Notes: a model not told the origin generated them from the sequence alone. A stretch of DNA of 64,000 nucleotides from Alphaproteobacteria bacterium (GCA_965243135.1 OZ251539.1:3872001-3936000); one strand, 5' to 3'. Positions 49,095 through 59,211 are shown, counted from the first letter of the stretch. Numbers and translations are program-made.

Positions 49095-50537
49095 TTGACC
49101 CCCGAACAAATCGCAGCGCTTGCCGCGCAAGGCGAATCCGAAAAACTGGAATTCAAGCGAACGACCCGATATCGCCGCGAAGCGGCCATCGCTCTGTGCG
49201 CCTTCCTGAATCGGGAGGGCGGCGGGGTGCTGTTCGGCGTCGCGCCGGACGGAACCGTCGCCGGGCAAAACGTGGGAAAGCGAACCATGGAGGAGCTCGA
49301 CAGCGAGTTCGGCAGGATCGATCCGCCAGCCTACCCGACGTTCGAGCGAACTCGCGTCGGCGGCGACCGCGAGGCGATCCTCGTCACCGTCGGCCCGGGA
49401 TCCGCCGGTCCTTACCGGTACGCGGGCACCGCTTATCTCAGGGCCGGAAACGCCAACCGCGTCATGTCCGCGGAAGAATTCAACGGCAAGCTCCTCGAAC
49501 GCACGAACAACGAGCCTCGATGGGAAATCCTGCCCGCCGCGGGATGGTCGATCGAAGACCTGGACGAGGCCGAGATCCGACGAACCGTCGAGAATGCCGT
49601 CCGGCTAGGCCGCCTCCCGGAGCCGGGAACCCGGGACCCGGCGGAAATGCTGCGCTGCCTGGAACTGTCGAGGGACGGCGAATTGCTGCGGGCGGCGGCG
49701 GTCTTGTTCGGTCGCCCCGAACGCCTCGAACTCAAGATGCCGCAATGCCGACTGCGCGTCGCTCGTTTCAAGGGCGTAAATCGCGAGCATTTTCCGGACA
49801 TCTGGCAGTTTCACGAGAACGCCTTCGCGCTTCTCGCCCGCGGCGAGGACTTGCTGGCGAAGACGCTGCGGACCCGCCTGCAGGCCGCCGCGGAGAGCGA
49901 TCCGACGAACCCGCCGACGATCGGCGAGCGGACCGGCGCGGAACGCGACGACCGGAAAGACGAGCCTTTCCTGCCGGCCATTCGCGAAGCTCTGGCGAAT
50001 GCTTTCTGCCATCGCGACTACTCGATCGGCGGCGGGTCCACGAGCATAGCGATTTACGACAACCGTCTCGAAGTGACGTCGTCCGGTGCGCTGCATTCCG
50101 GGCTAAGTCCGCAAGGGTTGTCGGATCCCCACGACTCTCTTCCACGGAATCCGGCGATCGCTCGAACCTTCTATCGGCGCGGCGTTATCGAGCAGCAGGG
50201 AAACGGGACCCTCAAAATGGCGGACGACGCTGCCGACGCCGGTTTGCCGCGTATGGAAATCAAGGAAAAGGGCGGGTGCGTTTCGGTGTGTTTCCGGACC
50301 GAGCTACCATCCCCTTACGACCTGCGTGACCCGATCGTGCGGCCGGCCGCCGTGCAGCAAGCGATCCTCAACGTTCTGGAGGAGGCGGGCGGCCCGCTAC
50401 CGCGGCGCAAGATCCATGTCCGATTGGAAATAGAGGTAGATGACGCGCAATTGGTCTACAGCCTCTCCCAGCTGAGATTCAAGGGATTAGCCATACTCGA
50501 AGGACGCGGACGAGGGTCGGTCTGGAGACTTCCATGA
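49095..50537 (+). CDS. AlbA_2(Schlafen)-HATPase_c_4-wHTH ('RecG-like') protein, copy 2
   Basis: GESEKLEFK, CAFLNREGGGVLFGV, REALANAFCHRDY, RNPAIA, C-terminal GRGRGSVW; TTG start. Confidence 0.88.
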   Translation: MTPEQIAALAAQGESEKLEFKRTTRYRREAAIALCAFLNREGGGVLFGVAPDGTVAGQNVGKRTMEELDSEFGRIDPPAYPTFERTRVGGDREAILVTVGPGSAGPYRYAGTAYLRAGNANRVMSAEEFNGKLLERTNNEPRWEILPAAGWSIEDLDEAEIRRTVENAVRLGRLPEPGTRDPAEMLRCLELSRDGELLRAAAVLFGRPERLELKMPQCRLRVARFKGVNREHFPDIWQFHENAFALLARGEDLLAKTLRTRLQAAAESDPTNPPTIGERTGAERDDRKDEPFLPAIREALANAFCHRDYSIGGGSTSIAIYDNRLEVTSSGALHSGLSPQGLSDPHDSLPRNPAIARTFYRRGVIEQQGNGTLKMADDAADAGLPRMEIKEKGGCVSVCFRTELPSPYDLRDPIVRPAAVQQAILNVLEEAGGPLPRRKIHVRLEIEVDDAQLVYSLSQLRFKGLAILEGRGRGSVWRLP

Positions 50538-51769
50538 AGGCCCGCCCGCGGCGACAGCTGGTTTCGGCGCGACCCTTTCTAGCGCAACGCAGGAGAGCGG
50601 CGATCTCGGCCGCGAGGGCGCGACCCTGAACTTCGCGGGAGCCGGAGGTCGTTAACCAGGCCGGATCCCGGTCGCTCAACGGATGGCCCTTGTTCAGTAA
50701 CCGCCGGCCTCAAGGTCAATCCGGAACTTGACGAAATTCCGCGAAATTCCTTGGATCGTTGCGGAAAATTCCCTGACCTCGACGAAGAACCGGAACGTCC
50801 GGAGAGCGTGGCGCACCGCGCTGCCAACGATCTCGGCGCCGCCGAGGTCCAAGCCCGCGGCATGCGTCGCGCTCTCGACGCCGACGGTCGCGGCGAACAC
50901 GCCGTCGTCGATGCGCGTGCAGGAAGCCCTTGCCGACCAATCCACCAACGATAACAGGCGCCGAGACGCGCCAGGCCGGAAAGGCGGATATGCCGATTTC
51001 GCCTCGAACGCGGAGAGGCCGAAAGGAAGAAGCGCTTACTTCGGACGAACCGGCCGCACGGGGCGGCTTCAAGTCCGTCAGCGGTTCCTGGCTGGCTTCG
51101 AAAGGGCAAGATCGCCGGACAGCAACGCGCCAAGCGCGGCTATTTCTTTCCGGCCGGACAACTCGATGAACGCGACTGCCCGCCGAGAGGTCTCGACCGA
51201 ATCGTTCCGCGTTTCGGCGACGGCCACGCGGCGCGGGCGTGGTTGACGACGCCGCGCCCTTCTCCGGACGGGGTCAGACCGCCGGTTCTTTTCAAGAGAG
51301 AAGAAAGCGGTCGCGTGGCGGCCGCCGAAGGAAGCGCGCACGGCGATTTCGCTTGAACGCCAAACCCGTCGCGTTCGCGAGCGGGTTCAACGACGGGGCA
51401 GCATGCCGTCGCGGCGCAAGCTGCGCCTTCTGGGAACCGCTTGCGCGTGCGTAGCGCACGCCGCGAGATCCCGCATCGGGGCATGGAGGCAAGATCGATC
51501 GTGTCGTTGCACTCGACCGAACGATGAAGTTGGTCGATATCCGGCATGATGCCCCATCGCCGCGCCGACAGAGGTAACGCATGACGCCAGCCATTGGGCT
51601 GGGCGCGCGGCGGCCACCTGCGGTGAAGCGTCGGAGGCGGAGGGCAGGGGCGTGGCCGCGCCCCTGCCGCAAGGGGGCGCTGCCGCTGGCACACGACAGC
51701 GCGGACTATGACGCCCTGAACCGGGTCGCGCGACGCGGCGACGGGCGCGACCCGGAGTTCGGCGAAAGG

Positions 51770-52219
51770 TCAGGCCGCCTCGGCAAGCCGTTCGGCCTGG
51801 CCGCCGGCGATCGGGATCTGCCGCGGCTTCAGGGCTTCGGGGATCTCGCGCTCCAGATCGACGACGAGCAATCCGTCCTGCAGGTCGGCGCCTTTGACCT
51901 CCACATGGTCGGCGAGATGGAAGCGCCGCTGGAAGGCGCGCTTCGCGATGCCGCGATGGAGATAGGTCGCCTCGCCCTTGCCCTGCTCCGTCTTTCCGGA
52001 GACCACGAGCTGGCCGTCGCGGACCTGGACATCGAGTTCGTCCGGGCCGAAGCCGGCGACCGCCACCGTCACCCGATAGGCGTCGTCGCCCGTCTTCTCG
52101 ACATTGTAGGGCGGGTATCCGTCGTCGCCGGAGGTCTTCTGGGCGACGTCCAGAACGGACATCAGCCGGTCGAAGCCGACGGCGCTGCGGTAAAGGGGGG
52201 AAAAATCGAACGTGCGCAT
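51770..52219 (-). CDS. ibpA: small heat shock protein Hsp20 (IbpA-like)
   Basis: MRTFDFSPLYRSAVGFDRL, YPPYNVE, YLHRGIA.RAF.RRF, EIPEALKPRQI. Confidence 0.95.
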   Translation of the reverse strand: MRTFDFSPLYRSAVGFDRLMSVLDVAQKTSGDDGYPPYNVEKTGDDAYRVTVAVAGFGPDELDVQVRDGQLVVSGKTEQGKGEATYLHRGIAKRAFQRRFHLADHVEVKGADLQDGLLVVDLEREIPEALKPRQIPIAGGQAERLAEAA

Positions 52220-52310
52220 CTCACATATCCTCCTGTCGAGCAACATGTCTGGCGGATCGCTGCGATGGCCGATCCTTGGTCCGTCCGATCCCGTCCGGGC
52301 ATCGGACGAG
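52217..52310 (-). promoter_or_regulatory. ROSE-like RNA thermometer in ibpA 5' UTR
   Basis: UUGCU motif opposite SD (UUGCUCGACAGGAGGA) preceded by GC hairpins. Confidence 0.6.
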
Positions 52311-52313
52311 CGG

Positions 52314-52342
52314 TATATGGGGATCGCCGACGCCATTTCAAG
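52314..52342 (-). promoter_or_regulatory. RpoH (sigma32) promoter
   Basis: CTTGAA-N14-CCCCATAT on minus strand upstream of ibpA. Confidence 0.8.
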
Positions 52343-52608
52343 ACCGGGGAGTCCGCTTGCATCATATTCGCGGCGGGCCGGAATCAGGGGTCCGCTTTCG
52401 AGGGTCGCATTCGGCTTCGGGAACCCTTTCCCCAGCAAGTTCCCGACGTTCATGCGCTGTTGACCGTGGCTTTCGTAGCGCTCGGGTTGGATACCGTATT
52501 CGCGGGCGACCGCATGGAGGCGTTCCCGTCGCGCCGTTTCATCTGTCCGTCCACACAGCGGTTGAAGGGACCAGCGGCGGCATTCTTCCGCCATGCCTCC
52601 CGTTGTTC

Positions 52609-52896
52609 CTATGCGATCGGCCGGTTGCGGCCCGTGCCTGCCTTGCGATAACGGGAGGCGGTCGAGAGCAAGTTCTCGCGAGTGATCCGGAGACTGGGTC
52701 GATCGATCTCGTAGCCGAGAGCCTCCATGACCTGACGGGCCATGTGCCCGATCATCCGCTTGAACCGGCCTTCGCCGATCTCGTATTCCGCGAGCAACCC
52801 AGGGGCTGGCGGCTCAACCGCCGCGAGGATCGGCTGGGTTTCAGCCTCCCAAGGCCTGCCTTTCGATGCCTGCCGGGATAAGCGAACGCCGATCAC
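52609..52896 (-). CDS. hypothetical protein, probably 5'-degraded
   Basis: Protein-like core KRMIGHMARQVMEALGYEIDR; divergent from XRE gene across an AT-rich spacer. Confidence 0.45.
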   Translation of the reverse strand: MIGVRLSRQASKGRPWEAETQPILAAVEPPAPGLLAEYEIGEGRFKRMIGHMARQVMEALGYEIDRPSLRITRENLLSTASRYRKAGTGRNRPIA

Positions 52897-53083
52897 AAGC
52901 GTTTGGCCGACAACGAAAAGATATCTCGAATCAACGTTCTAAGAGAGAATTATCGCCAGCCCTGGAAAATTTCCTATCAATCTGTGTAACAAATCCACAT
53001 TTTATCAACAAATATCTATAAAATGTCTATTTACCATCCGTAAAATAGCGCTTAAATTTCAAATTCTCGCACAGGAGGTCGAA

Positions 53084-54061
53084 ATGCCGGATGACCGTAT
53101 CAACCCCAGTGAACTGAAGACCGCGCTTTCGCGTCAGAACATGACCCAGCAGCAACTCGCTGACCGGTTGGGTTGCACCAAGGACACTGTGAGCCGATGG
53201 ATGCGCGGCAAGAACCGCCGCGTGCGGTCCCACCTGCGTCCGCGACTCGAAGAGGCGCTCAAGGTGTCTTTCGAAACGCTCGCCCGGCCGTCCGAGGAAG
53301 CATATCCCGGTCGGCATGACGGAATCTCGCCGGAAAGAGCGGAGATGAGGTTCTCGCTACGCTTGGAGACGCGGGCCGCCCTCCGTCTCGTGGCGCTGCG
53401 CTACAACCTCCCGGCCGCGGTGGTGATGGATTTCGCTCCGCTGCTATTTCTGCTGGCCGCCGAGCGAAGCCTGCTGACCCGCAAGGCGCGGCTTGAGGAA
53501 CTTCGGGCGGGAATCAAGGAGCTGGCTCTCCGGGCGGCAAGCACAAAGCACAGCCGGCTGGCCGATCTGGACTGGGGCCATGGCGATGACGGCGCGTTCT
53601 TTCTCGACGAGGAAGAGGAATCGATCGCAGCACGGGATGTTTTCGGCCGGAACGTATCTTGGGCCACAGACAGTTACATGTTTGTGGATCCGCTGGTGAA
53701 TTTTCTGGAAGAGGAAGCGAAGCAGCTTCCCGACGAAGCGGTGACCGACATAGCTCTCGGCTACGAACCGCTCGGCATTCATTACGAAATCGCGGAGGAC
53801 ACCCTGCGGGAATGCACTGGACTTCAGGAAGGCGATCCTGCGCTGCATTACCTGCTGGCTGGCGATATCGACCTCGACGAATGCCTGCGGATCAAACGCA
53901 CCCGGGACGACGAAGGATACCGCCAGTGGCTTCGGGAGGAACTGGACCGCATTGCTCGGGAGCCGAATCCGTACCGGGAGTCCAAGGAACGCCAGGAGCG
54001 GATCAGGCGAGCGTTGGATGCGAAAGAAATGCCAAGGAACAGCGACCTGGAGGATCGATGA
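53084..54061 (+). CDS. XRE-family HTH protein with long C-terminal domain
   Basis: MTQQQLADRLGCTKDTVSRW HTH; AGGAGG RBS. Confidence 0.85.
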   Translation: MPDDRINPSELKTALSRQNMTQQQLADRLGCTKDTVSRWMRGKNRRVRSHLRPRLEEALKVSFETLARPSEEAYPGRHDGISPERAEMRFSLRLETRAALRLVALRYNLPAAVVMDFAPLLFLLAAERSLLTRKARLEELRAGIKELALRAASTKHSRLADLDWGHGDDGAFFLDEEEESIAARDVFGRNVSWATDSYMFVDPLVNFLEEEAKQLPDEAVTDIALGYEPLGIHYEIAEDTLRECTGLQEGDPALHYLLAGDIDLDECLRIKRTRDDEGYRQWLREELDRIAREPNPYRESKERQERIRRALDAKEMPRNSDLEDR

Positions 54062-54792
54062 CGATGAAACAAACACGGCACAGCAACACCCGGCTTCGGC
54101 AACGCGGATATCGGAAGGACGACATTGACCTGATCCTTGAGATTGGAACGGAAATTTCACCGGAGAGGATCATGCTGAGGCGACGTGACGCGGAGGAAGA
54201 GATCAAGAAACTCAAGAAAGAGATCACGATGATCCAACGGTCAGTGGGCATGCACGTGGTCTCCAGAGGGAGCGCCCGCTCTGCATTGCCATATAGCGGG
54301 CGAAGTCGGCCCCGACGAATGTCTGCGGGTCAAACCCGCCCGAGACGAGGAGGGTTACGGCGAGCGGCCTCGGAAAGAACTGGATCTCAGCGATCAGGAG
54401 CCGAGTCCGTGCCGGGAGTTCAACGAACGCTAGAAGCGGATCAGGCGGGCATTGGAGGCGAAAGAAATGCCTCGGAACAGCGACTTGGAAGACCGATGGC
54501 GATGGAACGCGCACGGCGCGGCGGGATCCGGTCGCGTCAACGCGGCTCCAAAAAGGACGGCGTTGACCCGACCCATGAAACCGAAGCGGAGAATTTGCAC
54601 AAGAAGATAAACCCGGGGAGACGGAGCGCAGATGAAGAAGTCCGAAAACGCAGGAGGAAGATCGCAGCGCTCGAACGGCTGAAAGACACGATCATCGTGA
54701 TTGCCGACGGCCGCCTCGTCACCGCCTATCATGCGAACGGAGGAAAGGTTTCGACCGGGGCTTCGACGCCGCGGCGCCGACGCATTCCCTGA
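54058..54792 (+). CDS. DUF4258-like small protein, internally duplicated/fused (possibly pseudogene)
   Basis: TRHSNTRLRQRG N-terminus and GRLVTAYH C-terminus; about 53835-54270 repeated at about 54275-54720. Confidence 0.5.
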   Translation: MTMKQTRHSNTRLRQRGYRKDDIDLILEIGTEISPERIMLRRRDAEEEIKKLKKEITMIQRSVGMHVVSRGSARSALPYSGRSRPRRMSAGQTRPRRGGLRRAASERTGSQRSGAESVPGVQRTLEADQAGIGGERNASEQRLGRPMAMERARRGGIRSRQRGSKKDGVDPTHETEAENLHKKINPGRRSADEEVRKRRRKIAALERLKDTIIVIADGRLVTAYHANGGKVSTGASTPRRRRIP

Positions 54793-54858
54793 CGGCGCGC
54801 TGACGCGCCGCTACTCGACGCCGTAGCGTTCCGCGCTTCCCTGAATTGCGCGCTCGCG

Positions 54859-54890
54859 CCAGCGACCCCCCTTTCGCGAGGGGTCGCTGG
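54859..54890. terminator. GC-rich hairpin, possible terminator
   Basis: CCAGCGACCCC-N10-GGGGTCGCTGG between convergent genes; no clear U tract. Confidence 0.35.
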
Positions 54891-55302
54891 ATCTCGGCGA
54901 AGGGCAGCGCTACGAGCCTATGCGCGGCCATGCGAACGGCGGTGGCCAAGCAATTTCTGGCGAATTGCCGAATTTCATACCGTTCATCCCGATGCCGCCC
55001 TCACGACAGAAATTGCCAACGCCTGCGTTGCGCATCTGAGTCGGTCATCGATCGCGCAAGCCGGAGAGCGGAACCATGTCGCAACGGTGGAGAGAAGGCG
55101 CAATGGCGGCTGCGCAATCCCGAACTGAACGCGGAGAAACGCCGAGCCGCAGGCGGCGGCGCGCCGACTGCTGCGGAACTCGACCAAGGAAACCATGAAA
55201 AAGGCGCCGACGATATCAACGGCAATGCGCAAGATGTTCTGTGGCGATTCCGATTGAGCGAGCTCGGAGCGACGGTCAGTACGAAGGACGACTATGTTGC
55301 CG

Positions 55303-56961
55303 CTACTTTTTCTCTGTCCAGGTGCACATGCATTTTTTAAGCTCGGCTCCAGTCTTGATGATGCGCGTTTTTTCCTTGAGTTGAGGGTGTATCCGCTCGG
55401 AAGCATAGTCCGTCGGTTCCCCCGTGCCGCCATTCACCACCCATGAAGCCTCCTTGCGTTTCTTTCCGAGGCGGCGTCCTACCGATTGCATAGGGACTCC
55501 GATGGCTTCGCTCACGGCCTCGTAGGTGCATCGAACACATTCAGCGTTCAGGTAGGCAAGGATTTCCTCTATCGACCTGCGTCGGCCGAAACATCCGTCT
55601 ATCATCTCGAAAACGGCGCGCAGGCCCTGCGCCTCGCCGCCGACAGGACGGCCGGGCCGGTCCGATGCGTTCCAGGCCGAGATATCGAAATGCGCCCACG
55701 GGGTAGCGTCGTCGACGAATTCCTGAAGATACAGCGCCGCGGTGATGGCCCCGCCCATCCCGCCTTCGGAAACATTGTTGATGTCAGCCACCTTGCTGTC
55801 GAGCAGCCGCCGGTAGGGCTTCCACAGGGGAAGCCGCCACATGGGATCGTTCACGGCTTCGCCCGCCTCCAGAAGAGCGTCGGCAAGTTCATCCTTATTG
55901 GCGAACAGGGCCGGCAATTCCCCTCCCAGCGCCACACGCGCCGCGCCCGTCAGCGTCGTGAAATCGACGACCAGATCCGGATCCTCCGCATCCGCTTCCG
56001 CCAGCGCGTCGCAGAGGATCAGACGGCCCTCGGCGTCGGTATTGCCCACCTCGACGGCGATGCCCTTGCGGGTCTTTATCACGTCGAGCGGACGATAGGC
56101 GTTGCCCGCAATGCTGTTCTCGACAGCGGGCACCAAGGCGCGAAGGCGGACCGGGATTTCGAGCGCCATGATCAGCTGAGCGAGACCCAACACATGAGCG
56201 CCGCCGCCCATGTCCTTCTTCATGCGCAACATGCCGCTCGCGGGCTTGATGTCGAGGCCGCCGGAATCGAAACAGACCCCCTTGCCGACCAGCGTCACCT
56301 TCGGCGTGTCGGCGGATCCCCAGCGCAGGTCGATCAACCGCGGCGGATCGTCACTGGCCCGTCCGACAGCGTGAATCGTCGGATAGTTCCGCTTCAGCAA
56401 CGCGTCGCCCGAGATCACCTTGACCTGCGCATCGAAACGGCGGCCGAGCTTGCGAGCTTCCGCCGCGAGATGGGACGGCCCCATATCGGCGGCCGGCGTG
56501 TTGATCAGATCGCGAACCAGATTTACGGCTTCGGCCGTCGCGAGAACCCGGGCGCGGTCGGCACCGGAAGGCCATACCAGAGACGCAAGCTCGGCACCCT
56601 TTTTCGTCTTGTAACGCTCGAACCTGTAGCTACCCAAGGCCCAGCCGAGCGCTGCGGACGTCGCTGCGGACGCGTCCATTTCGGCATCGATCCGGTAACT
56701 GCCTGCCGGAAGCCGGGCGGGCAAACCGGCATAATTCCATATGTCGTCGCTGCTGCCGACGCCGACGAGCACCCGGTCGAGCGCGCCGCCGGAGCCGGCG
56801 ACAAGACTGATTTCGCCCTGCCTCGCCTTAAATCCCGAGGTTCTGACCCATTCCGCGACGCCCCCGGATTCAGCCTTCAGCCATTTTTCCAGATCGTCGA
56901 TCCCGACAGGGCTCACGCGAACGGTTCGGGCATTCGCCCTCGTCCTGAATGGCGCTCTCAC
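55303..56961 (-). CDS. M17 leucyl aminopeptidase (PepB-like) with C-terminal HTH-like extension
   Basis: VGKGVCFDSGG, MKKDMGG, NTDAEGRL, TLTGA; GTG start with GGAGG RBS; 93 extra residues after ...GCFG. Confidence 0.92.
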   Translation of the reverse strand: MRAPFRTRANARTVRVSPVGIDDLEKWLKAESGGVAEWVRTSGFKARQGEISLVAGSGGALDRVLVGVGSSDDIWNYAGLPARLPAGSYRIDAEMDASAATSAALGWALGSYRFERYKTKKGAELASLVWPSGADRARVLATAEAVNLVRDLINTPAADMGPSHLAAEARKLGRRFDAQVKVISGDALLKRNYPTIHAVGRASDDPPRLIDLRWGSADTPKVTLVGKGVCFDSGGLDIKPASGMLRMKKDMGGGAHVLGLAQLIMALEIPVRLRALVPAVENSIAGNAYRPLDVIKTRKGIAVEVGNTDAEGRLILCDALAEADAEDPDLVVDFTTLTGAARVALGGELPALFANKDELADALLEAGEAVNDPMWRLPLWKPYRRLLDSKVADINNVSEGGMGGAITAALYLQEFVDDATPWAHFDISAWNASDRPGRPVGGEAQGLRAVFEMIDGCFGRRRSIEEILAYLNAECVRCTYEAVSEAIGVPMQSVGRRLGKKRKEASWVVNGGTGEPTDYASERIHPQLKEKTRIIKTGAELKKCMCTWTEKK

Positions 56962-57848
56962 GGATACCTCCCAACGGATTTCGCTGCGGACGCCATGCGG
57001 TCGCCTATCCCGCAAGACGCCTCGTTACCCGGCAGGCAAGATGGAATGATTCTGCCTGCCGTCCAGATCAATAGCGAAGAAAAGGCGCATTGAGAACAAT
57101 CGTCTCGCGTTTCGCGATTTGGCCGCACAGGCGCACGATACCGAGTTCGGTGGACAAAGTTCCCGCATGGACGGAAGCGACGGAATTTACCGCTGCCACG
57201 GTTACGCGGAAGGCCAATACATGTCGTATACGGCAACGGGCGCGACGACCGGAGGATTGTTTCTTTTGCGGACGTTACCGCGGCGGAAAAAGCGATCGAT
57301 TGATTCGGCTTGACCGTAATTGGCCGCGCCGGTTTCTGGACGTTCGGCGCTACGGAATTCGTGGAGAACGCCCCAAAGAACGGTTTCCGCTCGCGTTCTT
57401 CAACTTGGTTCAAGTGGAAGGCCAACCAAGACAAGGGCGGGGATCCGCAAGGACTTCGCATACGCTCGTTCGAAAGCAACGCCGTATCGCCCGGTTCCGA
57501 CGAGAAGTCGTGCGAGGACCGTTTCCGAAGCGCTCCGAACGACGGCTCCTGAGATCATGTACGCACGCAACCACGAAAGAAGAAGGCAGGCCGACCGCAG
57601 TTCCTCCTGTCGACATTGCGTCGTGGACTTTTGGCGCGAAAATTCCTCTTGACGCAAGCGCGAACCCCACGCCGCGCCGCGCCGCGAGCGAATCCCGCAT
57701 ATCCTCAAGGAAGCACCGCAGCGCTACCGCCTGCGACGTCGCTGCGGCGACCCGACCGCCAGACTACGCTCAAGCGCGCCAGCGGAGGACACGCAGACCA
57801 CGAACGGAAGCGGCCTTTCCCGGACACTCGCCAACGGTCTCAAACCTT

Positions 57849-59051
57849 TCAGTTTTCCGGCGCATCGCTCAACATCCCGGATCTGCGAAGCGAAGCGATC
57901 ATCGCCGCGTTCAACATCAGCCGATACGCGCGCGCCGGATCGGCGGCGACGGCGCGCATCTCGTCGAGATTGCGACGACGCACCTCCGGATCCCGCTCCT
58001 CCATGAGCTTCTTGTTCCGTTCGGTAATTGCGCTGATGGCGTTTATCGCTTCCGGACGGCGCTGCGTCTCGTAACCGTCGAGCTCGTCTTCTTCGGCCTC
58101 TCCGCGCCACACGCGCGCAAGCCTGTCGCAAAGGCTGATGGCGTCGTGCAGTCCGCCATTGAGCCCCATGCCGCCGAGCGGATTATTGATATGGGCAGCA
58201 TCGCCGGCGAGGAAGACGCGCCCCCGGCGATAAGCGCTCGCAACCCGCTGCGACACCCGGTAAATGGCCCGCACGAGTATGGGGTAGTCGTCGGCACGCG
58301 GCAGCAAATTCTGCAAGGCGTTCTGGAGATACGTGTCGGTGACGGCATCGTCCGCCTCGACGGAGGCGTCGACCGGAACGACGATCCGCCACATGTCGGG
58401 GATTTCGAGGAGGAGATACCATTCGACGGGATCGGCCGTGTAGTTGACCGAGCAGATATCCGGCATATGCGCCCGAAAATCGTACTGCGTGCCCGCGACG
58501 AGGAAGTGCTCCGGATGGGTATAGCCGTCGAAGGCAATGCCGAGAGCCCTGCGTATCGTCGACCGGCCGCCGTCGGCGGCGATCAGCCAGTCGCCGGAGA
58601 TTTCGACGTCTCCGTCCGGCGTCCGACAATCAAGGATCACCCGTTCGCCGGTCTGGTGCACTCCGACCACCCTATGGCGAAACAGCAGTTCCGCGCTGCC
58701 GGCGAGCCTGCCATACAACCAATCGACGAGCTTGAACTGCTCGCATTGCAGCCGGTACGGATGCCGGGTGTCGTTCTTGAGCAGATCGAGATCGAATTCG
58801 GCGACGCGCCCCTCCTGGCGGTCGCGGAACTGCCACGTGGGGCATTTAAGGCCGCGGTCGAGCAGCGCCCGGGTGATCCCGCTTTCTTCGAGAAGATCGA
58901 GCGTCGGAGGGTGAAACGTCGAAGCGCGGTAGTCGATCTGAACGCCTTCTTCCGCTTCGACCAGCGTGACCGGAACGCCTTGCCGGGCCAGGAGCCATGC
59001 TGCCGTCGATCCGACCGGGCCGCCTCCCGCGACGAGCACCCGTTTATCCAT
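57849..59051 (-). CDS. FAD-dependent monooxygenase (MhpA/PheA-like, FAD_binding_3)
   Basis: GGGPVG, AADGGRS, RVFLAGDAAHINNPLGGMGLNGG. Confidence 0.92.
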   Translation of the reverse strand: MDKRVLVAGGGPVGSTAAWLLARQGVPVTLVEAEEGVQIDYRASTFHPPTLDLLEESGITRALLDRGLKCPTWQFRDRQEGRVAEFDLDLLKNDTRHPYRLQCEQFKLVDWLYGRLAGSAELLFRHRVVGVHQTGERVILDCRTPDGDVEISGDWLIAADGGRSTIRRALGIAFDGYTHPEHFLVAGTQYDFRAHMPDICSVNYTADPVEWYLLLEIPDMWRIVVPVDASVEADDAVTDTYLQNALQNLLPRADDYPILVRAIYRVSQRVASAYRRGRVFLAGDAAHINNPLGGMGLNGGLHDAISLCDRLARVWRGEAEEDELDGYETQRRPEAINAISAITERNKKLMEERDPEVRRRNLDEMRAVAADPARAYRLMLNAAMIASLRRSGMLSDAPEN

Positions 59052-59211
59052 TCATCCCCCTCCGACGCGACCGATGGCCACGCCGTCGCCGCGGAGCAGT
59101 TCCGCGTCCCCTTTCTTTCTCCGGATTGCTCAGATTCGCGCACGGCGGTCGGCCCACGCCTCCCCGGCATGCCCGGTAACCGATCTCCGCGGCACAACCC
59201 GTCATGGTCGA

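Noticed and set aside
57090-57800. Short ORFs 57119..57313 and 57310..57552 as genes or an ncRNA
   Set aside because: Possibly a decayed gene, but no recognisable motif, RBS or structure to support a call
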